Shown: in pieces, positions 51,716-64,000 of the stretch | How positions within the stretch are numbered: position 1 is the stretch's first letter | How the letters are laid out: every line of letters starts with the position of its first letter | Origin: Eledone cirrhosa | Taxonomy: Eukaryota | Reading direction: 5' to 3' | NCBI GenBank assembly: GCA_964016885.1 | Contig: OZ024766.1 | Span: 16,368,001-16,432,000 of the forward strand | DNA: 64,000 nucleotides | The notes under the pieces: generated by a model | Seen by the model: only the letters and a program-made list of their open reading frames with translations | What the model was told of the DNA's origin: nothing | Databases searched by the model: none | Made by a program: the position numbers and the translations under genes

Positions 51716-52477
51716 ATGGCGACAAGACTACGGATGAACGAAGCTATCAGGCCATTCACCGGGAAAGGTGATGTTGTCGCTTGGCTGCGGAAGGTTCGGC
51801 TGGTCGCAAGCTTGCAGAAGATAGAGGACGTGGCCGGCCTCATGGCACTGTACCTCGAGGGCGACGCGTTGGTACTCTTCCTTGAGTTGGACGAGCACAG
51901 CCAAAGAGATGTGCAGAAGATTGAGAGGCGTCTGATGGATGCATTCTCCGAGGGACCGTTGGCGGCTTTTGCTAAGCTGGCGAGAATCAGGTGGAATGGT
52001 GAGCGCGTCGACATTTTCGCAGCGGAAATAAGGCGGTTGGCCATGTTGGCGGGTTACCAGGCGGAATGCGAACGCACGGTGCGGTTGGCGTTCATCAATG
52101 GATTTCCGGACGACATAGCGGTGAAACTGCAGCAAGTCCCGGGGTACAAGGAGATGGAAATGCGTACACTGGTGGAACAAGCCCGGATCATAGCGGAAGA
52201 TGCCAAAAAGAGTGTTGCGGCGATAGCAACTACGGAGGCTCAGGACACCTGGCAGCGAAATGGTCAAAGGGAGGCAACCTCGGCATGCGGCCGTTCGCGA
52301 GAATTTAAGGGCCTCTGTTTTAGGTACCAGGGCCCGCATATGGCTAGAGACTGTAGAGAGTCGAAGCCGGATATAATTTGCTACCGGTGTAAGCGACCAG
52401 GCCACATCGCTACTAACTGCGACCAGGGAAACGGTCCAAGGGGAACTACTGCGCCGGTAGTTGCCCCTTACGAGTAG
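51716..52477 (+). CDS. gag: Gag-like protein with CCHC zinc knuckles
   Basis: 253-aa ORF with CYRCKRPGHIATNC and a degenerate CFRYQGPHMARDC knuckle. Confidence 0.85.
   Translation: MATRLRMNEAIRPFTGKGDVVAWLRKVRLVASLQKIEDVAGLMALYLEGDALVLFLELDEHSQRDVQKIERRLMDAFSEGPLAAFAKLARIRWNGERVDIFAAEIRRLAMLAGYQAECERTVRLAFINGFPDDIAVKLQQVPGYKEMEMRTLVEQARIIAEDAKKSVAAIATTEAQDTWQRNGQREATSACGRSREFKGLCFRYQGPHMARDCRESKPDIICYRCKRPGHIATNCDQGNGPRGTTAPVVAPYE
52426..52469 (+). promoter_or_regulatory. -1 programmed ribosomal frameshift signal
   Basis: G GGA AAC in the gag frame, a 5-nt spacer, then hairpin AAGGGG-AACTAC..GTAGTT-g-CCCCTT. The -1 frame is open into the protease. Confidence 0.8.
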
Positions 52478-55291
52478 CGGCGCTGCCCGTGGTGGAAGTC
52501 TTCGTGAGGGGGAAGCCACAGCGAGCCCTCGTGGATACGGGCTGTACGACGACACTGTGGACCGCGGGGGTGGCGCAGAGGTGGGGAGGGAAGAGCAGCG
52601 TAAGGGCAGTCGACGGCAGGAAAATTGAATGCCGAGGTCGCAGCGAGATGGAAATAGCGGTTCGGGGAAGGAGGATAAGGCTTTCCGCCATCGTGGTAGA
52701 CAGTGTGGTGGATGGGATCGGCGTGGTTATGGGCTTGGACGCGATTGGCCGTCTAGGGGGCGTCACGGTGAACAATGTCGGTGTGTCGTTTGGCGCCGCT
52801 GCATCAGTATGCGCTGTGAGTGCACGTCATGAGAACCAGAAGGCCCACGAGGAGCAATACCCCGCTTACACTGTACAGGACAAAGACTTCAAGGCCGTGT
52901 TTGATGGGCAGCGATGGGTTGTTGAGTGGTACTGGAAGGGAGAACCACCAACACTGAAGACCAAAGTGGGCTGCTATCAACACACATTGAAGGGAAACGC
53001 TAGGGGCGAGTTCGAGCGAGAAGTAGAGAGATGGATCGAAGAGGGCATACTGCTTCCCTGGAAGGAGGAGGTGAAGTGCAGAGTATTGCCGTTGATGGCG
53101 GTGGTGCAACCCACGAAGAGCAAGGTGAGGCCGGTGCTGGACTATCGAGAGCTGAACGAGCACGTGTCATGCCACACGGGTGGCGAGGTCACGGATGTCT
53201 GGGGAAACCCTGCGTGAGTGGAGACGCATGACGGGGGGTTCAGCGATCGTGGATCTAAAGTCGGCTTACTTGCAGTTGCATATAGATGAGAAGCTCTGGC
53301 GGTATCAGCTGGTCAGGTATAAGGGCCGGATATATTGCCTGACCAGGCTCGGTTTCGGGCTGAGCTCCGCACCGAAGATCATGGCGGCGGTCCTCAAGAC
53401 CGCTCTGGGGAGGGCCGACAAGATAAAGAGGGCCACTAACTCCTACATTGACGACATCCTAGTGGATAAGTCGGTGGTGTCGACGGCGGAGGTCACGAGC
53501 CATTTGCGGAGGTATGGACTGGCTGCGAAGCCGTCAGAAGCGTTGGAGGGAGGAGCCGCGCTGGGACTTAGGCTACGGCGAGACAGGACGGGCGTCTTGG
53601 TGTTCCAGAGGGGAAACGAAGTTCCGGAACTGGGCCCAAGTATGAGTAGGCGGGAGCTTTTCTCGGTGTGTGGAAAGCTGGTGGGTCACTACCCGATCGC
53701 TGGGTGGCTCCGGACGGCATGCAGCTATGTCAAGAGACGAGCGGGAGGGGTGACTTGGAGTGACAGAGTGGGAGAGAGAACGGTGGCCATGATGCAGGAG
53801 ATCGTGGGGGAGGGTGAAGGCCGATGACCCAGTGCGGGGACGCTGGTACGTTCCCAAATCACGGGGCGGGACCGTATGGTGCGGCGATGCCAGCAGCATA
53901 GCGCTGGGTGTCACGTTGGAGATAGGAGGTGTTGAGGTCGAGGATGCAGCCTGGCTTAGAAAGAAGGACGACTGCAGCCACATCAATGTGGCCGAGCTGG
54001 ACGCGGTGTTGAGAGGGGTGAACCTCGCCCTGCGGTGGGGGCTGCGCACCATCGAGATACGCACCGACTCGGATGGGTAAGATCAGTGCTCACCAGTGAG
54101 AAGAGAGTGCGAACGAGAGGCGCGGCGGAGATGCTGATAAAGCGCCGCCTGGGAACGTTAGGAGAGCTGGCCACCGAGTTCGACCTGAAGCTGAGCGTAG
54201 TTTTCGTGCCCTCAGAGAAAAATAGGGCGGACATCTTAACTAGAGTGAAGAAAGCCTGGATGGAAGCGCCGGAGGAGGTAGAGGATGAGATAGCTGCCGT
54301 GTGTCGGCTGACCGAGTTAGACCTGAAGGGGTTGCATGACATGCACCACATGGGGGTGGATAGGAGCCTGTTCCTAGCCAGGAGAATCGACTCGGACGTT
54401 AGCAGACACAGTGTTCGGGGGGTGGTTAGAGGCTGCGTCCGATGTCAGTCCATTGATCCCGCCCCGGGTGTACACGAAACGGGAAGCCTCCCGGTGGATC
54501 GCGACTGGAAGCGATTAGCGGTGGATGTGACGCACTACCGGCAGGGAACGTACCTCTCGATGGTCGACTGTGGACCAGGTCGAGTGGCGATATGGAGGGA
54601 GATGAAGACTGGAACGGCCGAGGAAATCGTGCGGACGTTGAGAGAGGTGTTCTTGGAGCGGGGCCCTGTGGATGAACTGCTGATGGACAACAGCGCAGCG
54701 TTCCGCTCGGAGACACTGAGGGGGATGCTCGAGGGATGGAAGGTGGACCGTTTCTTCAGAGCGGCGCACAGGCCGAGCGGGAATGGAATCGTGGAGCGAC
54801 ACCACCGGACGATCAAGGCAATGGCGGAGCGGGGCCATATCTCACCAATGGAGGCAGTGTTCTGGTACAATATGTCCCCTCGGGTTGGACAGGTCGAGGA
54901 ATCGGTCCCACACAGAGCAGTATTCAAATACGAGTGGCGGCACCCGTGCACGCCACCACAACGGCCAGTGGGGAGAGAGAGTGCATTCGTGCAGGTGGGC
55001 GAAGAAGTCTGGGTTAAGCCCCCAGATGCACGGTGCACATCTCAATGGGGAAGGGGAACGGTGACGGCCGTAAATTCAAAGAACAATGTGTCCGTGGACG
55101 GGGTACCACGTCATGTCCTGGATGTAAGAAGAATCACTGTATCGACGGACTCCGAGGAAGAGGAAACCCAAGATGAGGTGGAAACCCAGAGCCCTGCCCC
55201 AATACTACGAAGATCGCAACGAAGTCGTAGACCACCGACCTGGACGGCAGACTTTCATATGCAGAGGGACGAGGGGGAAATTGATCCTTGA
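52432..55291 (+). pseudogene. pol: Pol (aspartic protease, RT, RNase H, DDE integrase) with three frameshifts (~53200, ~53812, ~54070)
   Basis: ALVDTGC; KVRPVLD..DLKSAYLQ..GFGLSSAP..YIDD; DAS..HINVAEL..TDS; HHCC, VDV..MDN..NGIVER. Confidence 0.9.
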
Positions 55292-56328
55292 GATCGGGGG
55301 GGGTGTATGGTGTGGCGTGCGGTGGCCGGGGGCGGGGGGCTCGACCGGAAGGGGTCTTTGACCGGAAGGATGCTCGACCGGAAGGGCCTCTCTCTAGTGG
55401 TGACCAGCATACGGTGAGGACGCGTTTTGGCCAGCTCCCGGTGTTAAACAGTCGGACGCACGTGGAAGAGTATCTTTAACTTACTTAAAGCAATAACAAG
55501 GTACAGCTAAATATAAACTATATTTTATAATGTAAGGTAGTGAACAAGATAATTAAATAGACGGAGGTAATTTAAATAATAAAGACAGTCATAACAATAT
55601 ATTTTATATCACATGTAACAGTGGAATCTGGTTAATTACTGAATCGTTGTAGGGGTCACATAATTATATTATTTACACACATTAATATAGACATTAAGTA
55701 AATCTTTGTCAACTTACCTCCTTCACATATAATCAATGTGTTGTGTTGTTAGTTGTTACTAAACAACCAAAGAAATAATCTCTTTGTTATCAAATTAGAA
55801 GTTTCAATGTTATCAGCTTTATTTCACGACATTAACGTTGGTGTATCTTCTTCATCTTTAGTCATAAATTGATATCTTGTCAGAATGAAGTAGTGAGGCT
55901 GACTTTATGTCTTTAGCTACAGCTTTGATATGAAATATATATATATTAGGTTGATACGTGGTCTAAAATATATATATTGTCTATAAATGACTGATAGCAG
56001 ATGTTCTGGTGAAATAGTAGTTTTACTACTACAGATTGTAACGGAACTCTTAGTAGACACAATTGTAAAGTAAGAATAGATATGACAGTGTAAGACTGAT
56101 GTCGGGGAATTAAAATTGTGTGTGTGTATATATATATAATTGTTACACAAGATATAATTAGATTAATTAAAGTTATAACGAAGACAGCAGGTACTCGGTG
56201 TCTTAACGAATGTTTCAACTCTCGTACGGTGTCAAACGTTAAAAGTCCCTGACATAATTTAATACCTTCACACACATTTCCAGTCGTATTGAATTCGAGA
56301 GTGATGTGATTTATTAAAAAGAAATGTG

Positions 56329-56585
56329 ATAATTGTTTCTACTTTTTGCACAAGGCCAGCAATTACCCTAGTGTATTACTGGTACTTTATTTTATTGACC
56401 CCTTAATAATTGTTTCTACTTTAGGCACTAGGCCAGTAAATACATCAGTGAATTAGTGGTACTATATTTTATCGACCCTGTAATAATTGTTTCTACATTA
56501 GGCACAAGGCCAGCAATACCCCAGTACATTACTGGTACTTTATTTTACCGACCCCGTAGGGATGAAAGGCGAAGCTAACCTCTGA
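56329..56585 (-). repeat. SINE-tail tandem repeat, copy 3
   Basis: Homolog of 16680-16935. Confidence 0.8.
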
Positions 56586-56611
56586 GGGATTAACTTTGCT
56601 TTTCATCCTTA

Positions 56612-58752
56612 TCTCTATACATATAAAAATGGACAGAGTGTGTACTTCACTGAAACCACTGCTCATCAGTTGACACCAGCACCACCTGACACTACTCTAA
56701 CTGCTTTTTTGAAACACTGCCAGAATAAAGAATTTGTTCGATCCCTCCTATATGCTGACATCCCAAAATACTACACCTGGACCAATTGTAATACTTGGAA
56801 TCAAAGGAAGCAGGGTCATTTAGTGGAAGGTGATGAAGTCAAGGCAAGTGATGCTATTAGGCATGTTTACAATGACCACCCCAACAACAGAGAGAGTTTT
56901 AATTTACAGCCATTTCTGCTTATTGTTCAAGGACCAACGTCATTTGAGGATCTCAGGTGATTTGGTGGCAGAGTGCAGCACATATCAAGAAGCATTTAAA
57001 GAACATCAACTCCTGCATGGCAATCGACATTGGAAGAAGAGACAAGAAGGGGCAGTCACTGGAGTAGCCAGTTAAATAAGACAGCCATGGACTCCTGTAT
57101 GACAACTGACATTGGAAGAAGGGACTAGAAGGAGCAGTCACTGTAGTAGCCAGTTAAATAAGACAGCCATGGACTCCTGTATGACAACTGACATTGGAAG
57201 AAGAGACTAGAAGGGGAAATCACTGGAGTAGCCAGTTAAACAAGACAGCCATGGACACCTGTATGACAACTGACATTGGAAGAAGAGACTAGAAGGAGCA
57301 GTCACTGGAGTAGCCAGTTAAATAAGACAGCCATGGACTCCTGTATGACAACTGACATTGGAAGAAGGGACTAGAAGGAGCAGTCACTGGAGTGGTCAGT
57401 TAAATAAGACAGCCATGGACTCCTGTATGACAACTGACATTGGAAGGGACTAGAAGGAGCAGTCACTGTAGTAGCCAGTTAAATAAGACAGCCATGGACA
57501 CCTGTACGACAACTGACATTGGAAGAAGGGACTAGAAGGAGCAGTCACTGGAGTAGCCAGTTAAATAAGACAGCCATGGACTCCTGTATCACAACTGACA
57601 TTGGAAGAAGGGACTAGAAGGAGCAGTCACTGGAGTAGCCAGTTAAATAAGACAGCCATGGAGTCCTGTATGACAACTAACATTGGAAGAAGGGACTAGA
57701 AAGAGCAGTCACTGGAGTAGCCAGTTAAATAAGACAGCCATGGACTCCTGTATGACAACTAACATTGGAAGAAGGGACTAGAAGGAGCAGTCACTGTAGT
57801 AGCCAGTTAAATAAGACAGCCATGGACTCCTGTATCACAAATGACATTGGAAAAGGGGACTAGAAGGAGCAGTCACTGGAGTAGCCAGTTAAATAAGACA
57901 GCCATGGGCACCTATATGACAACTAACATTGGAAGAAGGGACTAGAAGGAGCAGTCATTGGAGTAGCCAGTTAAATAAGACAGCCATGGACTCCTGTATG
58001 ACAACTAACATTGGAAAAAGGGACTAGAAGGAACAGTCACTTGAGTAGCCAGTTAAATAAGACAGCCATGGACACCTGTACGACAACTGACATTGGAAGA
58101 AGGGACTAGAAGGAGCAGTCACTGGAGTAGCCAGTTAAATAAGACAGCCATGGACACCTGTACGACAACTGACATTGGAAGAAGGGACTAGAAGGAGCAG
58201 TCACTGGAGTAGCCAGTTAAATAAGACAGCCATGGACTCCTGTATGACAACTAACATTGGAAAAAGGGACTAGAAGGAACAGTCACTTGAGTAGCCAGTT
58301 AAATAAGACAGCCATGGACACCTGTACGACAACTGACATTGGAAGAAGGGACTAGAAGGAGCAGTCACTGGAGTAGCCAGTTAAATAAGACAGTTGTTTG
58401 CTACTATACTCACAGCATGTGGAATAAATCTCATCTACCCTGGCAGGAGCACAAAAACAATATGTCAGACGACTATCTACACCTAGCCCAAAGACGTTAG
58501 AGCAATATTTTTGTGGAATCTACCTCCAGGATTTACAATCAACCTCTGTGCAACCTGTCCCATTGAATTCCAGCAATGAATAGCAATGCGGGATGCCAGA
58601 GCCAGAAGAAATTGAGGTAATACAATCAGTTTTTCAGGAGACAAACCATGATATTGAAGTGTTGCGTAAGTTTGTGGATGAAAATAAACCTTGACTGGTG
58701 GATGACCAGAAATATGCCTACCACAACATCTTGAAAAACATTCAACATGACA
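56612..58752 (+). mobile_element. Helitron Rep/helicase fragment (copy 3, most complete) interrupted by the 82-bp array
   Basis: ..GPTSFEDLR / TYQEAFKEHQLLHGNRHW [array] IRQLFATILTAC..WQEHKNNMSDDYLH..IYNQ..QETNHDIEVLRKFVDENKP*LVDDQKYAY. Confidence 0.9.
57027..58393 (+). repeat. 82-bp satellite, ~17 copies
   Basis: Same unit as 38508-39964. Confidence 0.97.
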
Positions 58753-59576
58753 GCACCCAGCACTCTCTGTAAATGAGATTGGCATTAGGAAGGGCATCCA
58801 TCTGTAGAAATCAAGCCAGAATCAGTTCCCGTCCCACCCTTGCAAGCAGGGAAAAAGCGGACGTGAAATGAAATGATGATGAATGATGATGTCCCTCCCA
58901 TTTTTTCAATAATGTCACTTTGACGAATCAAAAGATAAATAACAGAAAAACAGACCCCTAAAATATATTTTCCGTGCTATTTCCAACTTCACCTTTTCTC
59001 TATATATAGAGAGAGCGCGAGGACAATTTGTCATGTCTTCATTACATAGATGCTATTTTAAATAAACATCTTTTAACGGTCTGTTCTGCTATATTTTACT
59101 TTTCCACGTATATATATATATATTTATATATATATCAACTAGAAATTGATTGACATATAAATAAACATATGAAACAATGACAGGGGATAATTTGTAAAAG
59201 TGTATAAGCACACATAGCTAGGTAGGTAACTAAATAAATTTAACTAGAACTTCAAAAATAGATACCTTAGAAAATTATTAATCTTCCTTGTATATATTCC
59301 ATTAAAGAAATATATTTCACCAATTAATCGATTGGTAAACGACAGTAGCCAGATCTTGGATTCTCAACCAGAAAGAAGTCCAACCATCTGTGTTTACGCA
59401 TCAAGTTCAAATCAGCGACTGACCAGTAACACGTGCTGTATCTACTAAAAATACACATATCATACCAGCTTCATCCCAGTTGCGTGAATAGGGTTATTGA
59501 TAACTAGAAACAGCAGTCAGGTCCTTTCAACAGAGTTATCTCTACAATTAAGAGGCCGTATTTATATATATATATA

Positions 59577-59759
59577 TCCAAAATTAAGATAAATTAAAAT
59601 AAAATTAATCTAAATCAAATTATGGGTGTCATGCCAGAAAGACAGGTGCCATATCACCCGTAAAATAAGCTCCATGGAGCTTATTTTACGGGTGATATGG
59701 CGCATGACTCCCATAATTTGATTTACATTTATTTTATTTTAATTTATCTTAATTTTGGA
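59577..59759. repeat. CCATGG-centred palindrome, copy 4
   Basis: Centre at 59674/59675; small deletion in the right arm. Confidence 0.88.
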
Positions 59760-60072
59760 TATATATATATATATACAGAGAAAGAGAAGAGTAGACAAAC
59801 AGACAATGACAAAGAAGTGGAATTAACTACCCCAGTATTTCACTGGTATTTCATTTATTGACCTCAAAATATCAAAGCAACTTTACCTCAGTGGGATTTG
59901 TACTCTGAGAACTAGAACAGACACTGAAAATATATCAAGATGTGCACACATGTATATAAGAACACATATACACATACACACACACATATATACACAAATA
60001 AAGATAATCATATTCATGAACAGAAATTTCTACACACTGACATATACACTCATACATATATATAATATATAT

Positions 60073-61845
60073 GCCCTCACAAGTGCTGAGAAGAAAGATG
60101 CATGGAAGAGTCATTATGATAGATTACTAAATGAGGAGAATGCATGGGAAGAAGAAACCCTACCCCAAGTGCAGTAGCATCATTGTCAACTGCTACAAAG
60201 GTAAAGGCGATGCACTAGATAGAGGAAACTATAGAGGTATAAAGTTGATGGACCAGGTCATGAAAGTAACAGAAAGAGTTATAGCACAGCTGATTAGGGA
60301 CCGGGTGAATATAGACGAGATGCAATTTGGGTTTGTACCAGGAAGAAGCACCACTGATGCCCTCTTCCTTGTGAGGCAGTTACAGGAAAAGTACCTAGCT
60401 AAAAGTAAGCCACTCTACTTGGCATTTGTCGACCTTGAGAAAGCCTTTGACAGAGTTCCACGTGCAGTAATCTGGTGGGCTCTTAGAAAACTAGGAGTAG
60501 ATGAATGGCTTGGGAAAGCGGTACAAGCCATGTATAGGGGAGCAGTCAGCAAAGTTAGGATTAGCAATGAGTATAGCGAGGAATTTAGCGTACAGGTTGG
60601 GGTCCACCAGGGCTCTGTTCTTAGCCCTCTCCTGTTCATCATAGTCCTGCAGGCAATAACGGAGGAGTTTAAGACCGGATGCCCATGGGAACTCCTGTAT
60701 GCTGATGACCTCGCACTCATAGCTGAATCTATGTGAGAACTAGAGAATAAATTCCAAACCTGGAAGCAGGGACTAGAGAGAAAGGGTCTCAAAGTCAACA
60801 TGACCAAGACTAAGGTCCTTGTAAGTAGACGAGAAAACAGAACCCAGATCCCCTCGGGGAAATGGCCTTGCTCAGTATGTAGGAAAGGTGTAGCAGCAAA
60901 CAGCCACAGGAAACAAGTACCACCAATCTCTGGGAGGGCCCTGTAGAAACAGTAGACAGCTTCTGCTACCTAGGTGACCGAATTAGCAACGGAGGTGGGT
61001 GTTCAGAAAGTAAAATAACTAGGGTAAGAACGGGATGGAAGAAGTTTAGGGAACTACTACCACTGCTAGCTGCAAAAGGCTTCTCCCTCAGAATGAAAGG
61101 CAGACTGTATGATGCGTGTATCCGAACAGCGATGTTGCATGGTAGTGAGACCTGGGCGCTGAAGGTGGAAGACTTACGTAGATTAGAGAGAAACGAAGCC
61201 TGCATGCTCCGATGGATGTGTAACAGTAATATACGTGAACGACAAAGCATAAATGAATTGAGAGAGAGACTGAGCATAAGAGGAATCAAATGCTGTGTGC
61301 AGGAGAGGCGGTTGCGCTGGTATGGACATGTGATGCGTATGAAGGATGACAGCTGCATAAAAAGGTGCAGAGCACTAGAAGTTGATGAAAACCGCGGAGT
61401 GGGGAGACCCAAGATGACCTGGGATGAGGTGATAAAAGCCGACCTTACCCAATTACACCTCTCAAAGACAATGACACACGACCGTGACTTCTGGCGTCAC
61501 GCAGTAATACAGAGTACCCGACCTCCCATGGGTACATGCTGAAGCATATAAACAATATGCCCCCACACCCCCCACCGCAAGGTGGTCGTGGAGGTGCCAC
61601 GGCAAAAAAGCACCCAGCCCACACTGTAAAGTGGACGTGTAGGCGCCACGAAAAAGCACCCAGCACTCACTGTAAATGAGGTTGGTGTTAGGAAGGGCAT
61701 CCAGCTGTAGAAATCAAGCCAGATCAGTTCCTGTATGAGCAAGGCATGGTCAGCCGACCAGACACTGCACACAACAGGACAACCCGTCTAACCCATGCTA
61801 GCGTGGAAGAACGGACGTAAAACGGTGATGATGATGATGATGATG
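60073..61845 (+). mobile_element. 5'-truncated, internally deleted RTE-clade LINE (RT pseudogene), private to copy 4
   Basis: NYRGIKL..QFGFVPGRSTTDA..FVDLEKAFDRV..GVHQGSVLSPLLF..YADD..LRWYGHVMR; (GAT)n tail; inserted in (TA)n with aatatatat on both sides. Confidence 0.93.
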
Positions 61846-61854
61846 AATATATAT

Positions 61855-61977
61855 ATAGGAAAATCTTTAACCCCGACGGCAGAGCTCAAGCCATTTCGAC
61901 GGTTATTTCTGGACTGTTTCCAGAAATAGCCGTCGAAACGGATTGAGCTCTGCCGTCGGGGTTAAACATTTTCCTAT
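61855..61977. repeat. 123-bp hairpin, copy 4
   Basis: Homolog of 23197-23319. Confidence 0.9.
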
Positions 61978-62767
61978 TACCCGCTCTACTACCCTAAGTA
62001 TTGAATACTCTGGTGCGTATATGGTCCATCTGGTTCTTTACCACACCTCCTTTGTTATATATATATATAAAATTATAAGAAACGAAAGGAGCTGTGTGGT
62101 TACTGTAAACAAAGTTTAAGATGGTAATATGGATGAAAGGAGAAAATAAACCCTTCATCAGCTGTAAACTGACATCTTAGATGTTTTGGCACATATATAT
62201 AGAGTTTTTAAATTCTGTACCATACAGATTTGCCAGCATAAGTCTTGGTTACAACTTCTACAAATAAAATGAACGGAGAATAATTTCAGAACAAACAAGT
62301 TTTATTCAAAACATTAACAACATTGGTGGCACTATTTTGGCTGAGTGACATGGTTTTTATCTTGTCTGATTGTGTTTGTGTTACATTAAGTAACCTTATG
62401 TTAGTACCACAACATTTAGAAAATGATTTACCACAGACAACACGGTGATATAGTTCCTCTCCTGTATATGTTAGTGTCTAGTGAAGCCACATTTAGAGAA
62501 GGATTTACTGCAGATATCACAGTGATATGATTCCTCTCCTGTATGTTAGTGTGTAGGGAAGCCACAACATTTAGAGAAGGATTTACCACAGACATCACAG
62601 TGATATGGTTCCTTTTCTGTATATGTTAGTATCTAGTGAAGCCACATTTAGAGAATGATTTACTGCAGATATCACAGTGATATGCTTCCTTTTCTGTAAA
62701 TGTTAGTGCTGAGTGAAGTGACTTATTTCAGAGAATGATTTCCCAGATATCACAGTGATATGGTTTA

Positions 62768-62863
<96 letters not shown>

Positions 62864-63000
62864 TTATGTTTGTATGTAGTTAATGTAGCAATACAAGAGA
62901 ATAATTTCTCCACAATATCACAGTGGTATGGCTTCTCACTCATATGAATGTATTTGTGTCTAATTAATTTACAATTTTGAGACAATGAGATATGACTTTG

Positions 63001-64000
<1,000 letters not shown>

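Larger units (their letters stand above)
51373..55470 (+). mobile_element. Compact (~4.1 kb) GC-rich LTR retrotransposon, gag-PR-RT-RH-IN order
   Basis: Terminal direct repeats at 51373-51558 and 55304-55470, both starting TGT; G-rich PPT at ~55290-55303; TATC on both flanks; gag and pol motifs. Confidence 0.92.

Noticed and set aside
53200-53210. Second GGGAAAC as a programmed frameshift within RT
   Set aside because: The downstream RT frame needs a +1 shift, not -1; more likely an indel or sequencing error in a G run.
51728-55045. Antisense ORFs in the LTR element (e.g. 275 aa at 51728-52555)
   Set aside because: Expected shadow ORFs of GC-rich coding DNA; no recognisable motifs.
51373-55470. 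Bacterial contamination or prophage suggested by high GC
   Set aside because: It has retroelement gag/pol motifs, terminal repeats and clean junctions within one host satellite unit.

Overview
AT-rich animal DNA, most likely an octopus C2H2 zinc-finger cluster (taxon inferred from the [16 protein letters not shown] finger consensus and the SINE/RTE content). Almost the whole window is four copies of one segmental-duplication module: copy 1 on + (1-~24940) and copies 2-4 on - (~29865-40322, 40323-58752, 58753-end, the last truncated). Each complete module has, in transcription order: a dead Helitron Rep/helicase fragment containing an 82-bp satellite; SINE-tail repeats; a putative non-coding exon; an intron with a 115-bp satellite, a tRNA-SINE and an old RTE fragment; a single-exon poly-ZNF ORF (19, 18, 11 and at least 11 fingers); fossil fingers in the 3' UTR; two long palindromes; and an RTE 3' end. 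Copies 1 and 2 form a large inverted repeat around a 78-bp satellite. Main observations: (i) the >16 kb 82-bp satellite translates as a piece of the Helitron ORF and sits in place inside it; (ii) a compact GC-rich LTR retroelement has protease and DDE integrase but DIRS/BEL-like RT-RNase H motifs, an intact -1 frameshift signal and mismatched LTRs; (iii) the palindromes show arm-to-arm homogenisation. All coordinates and copy numbers were read by eye and no database searches were run.
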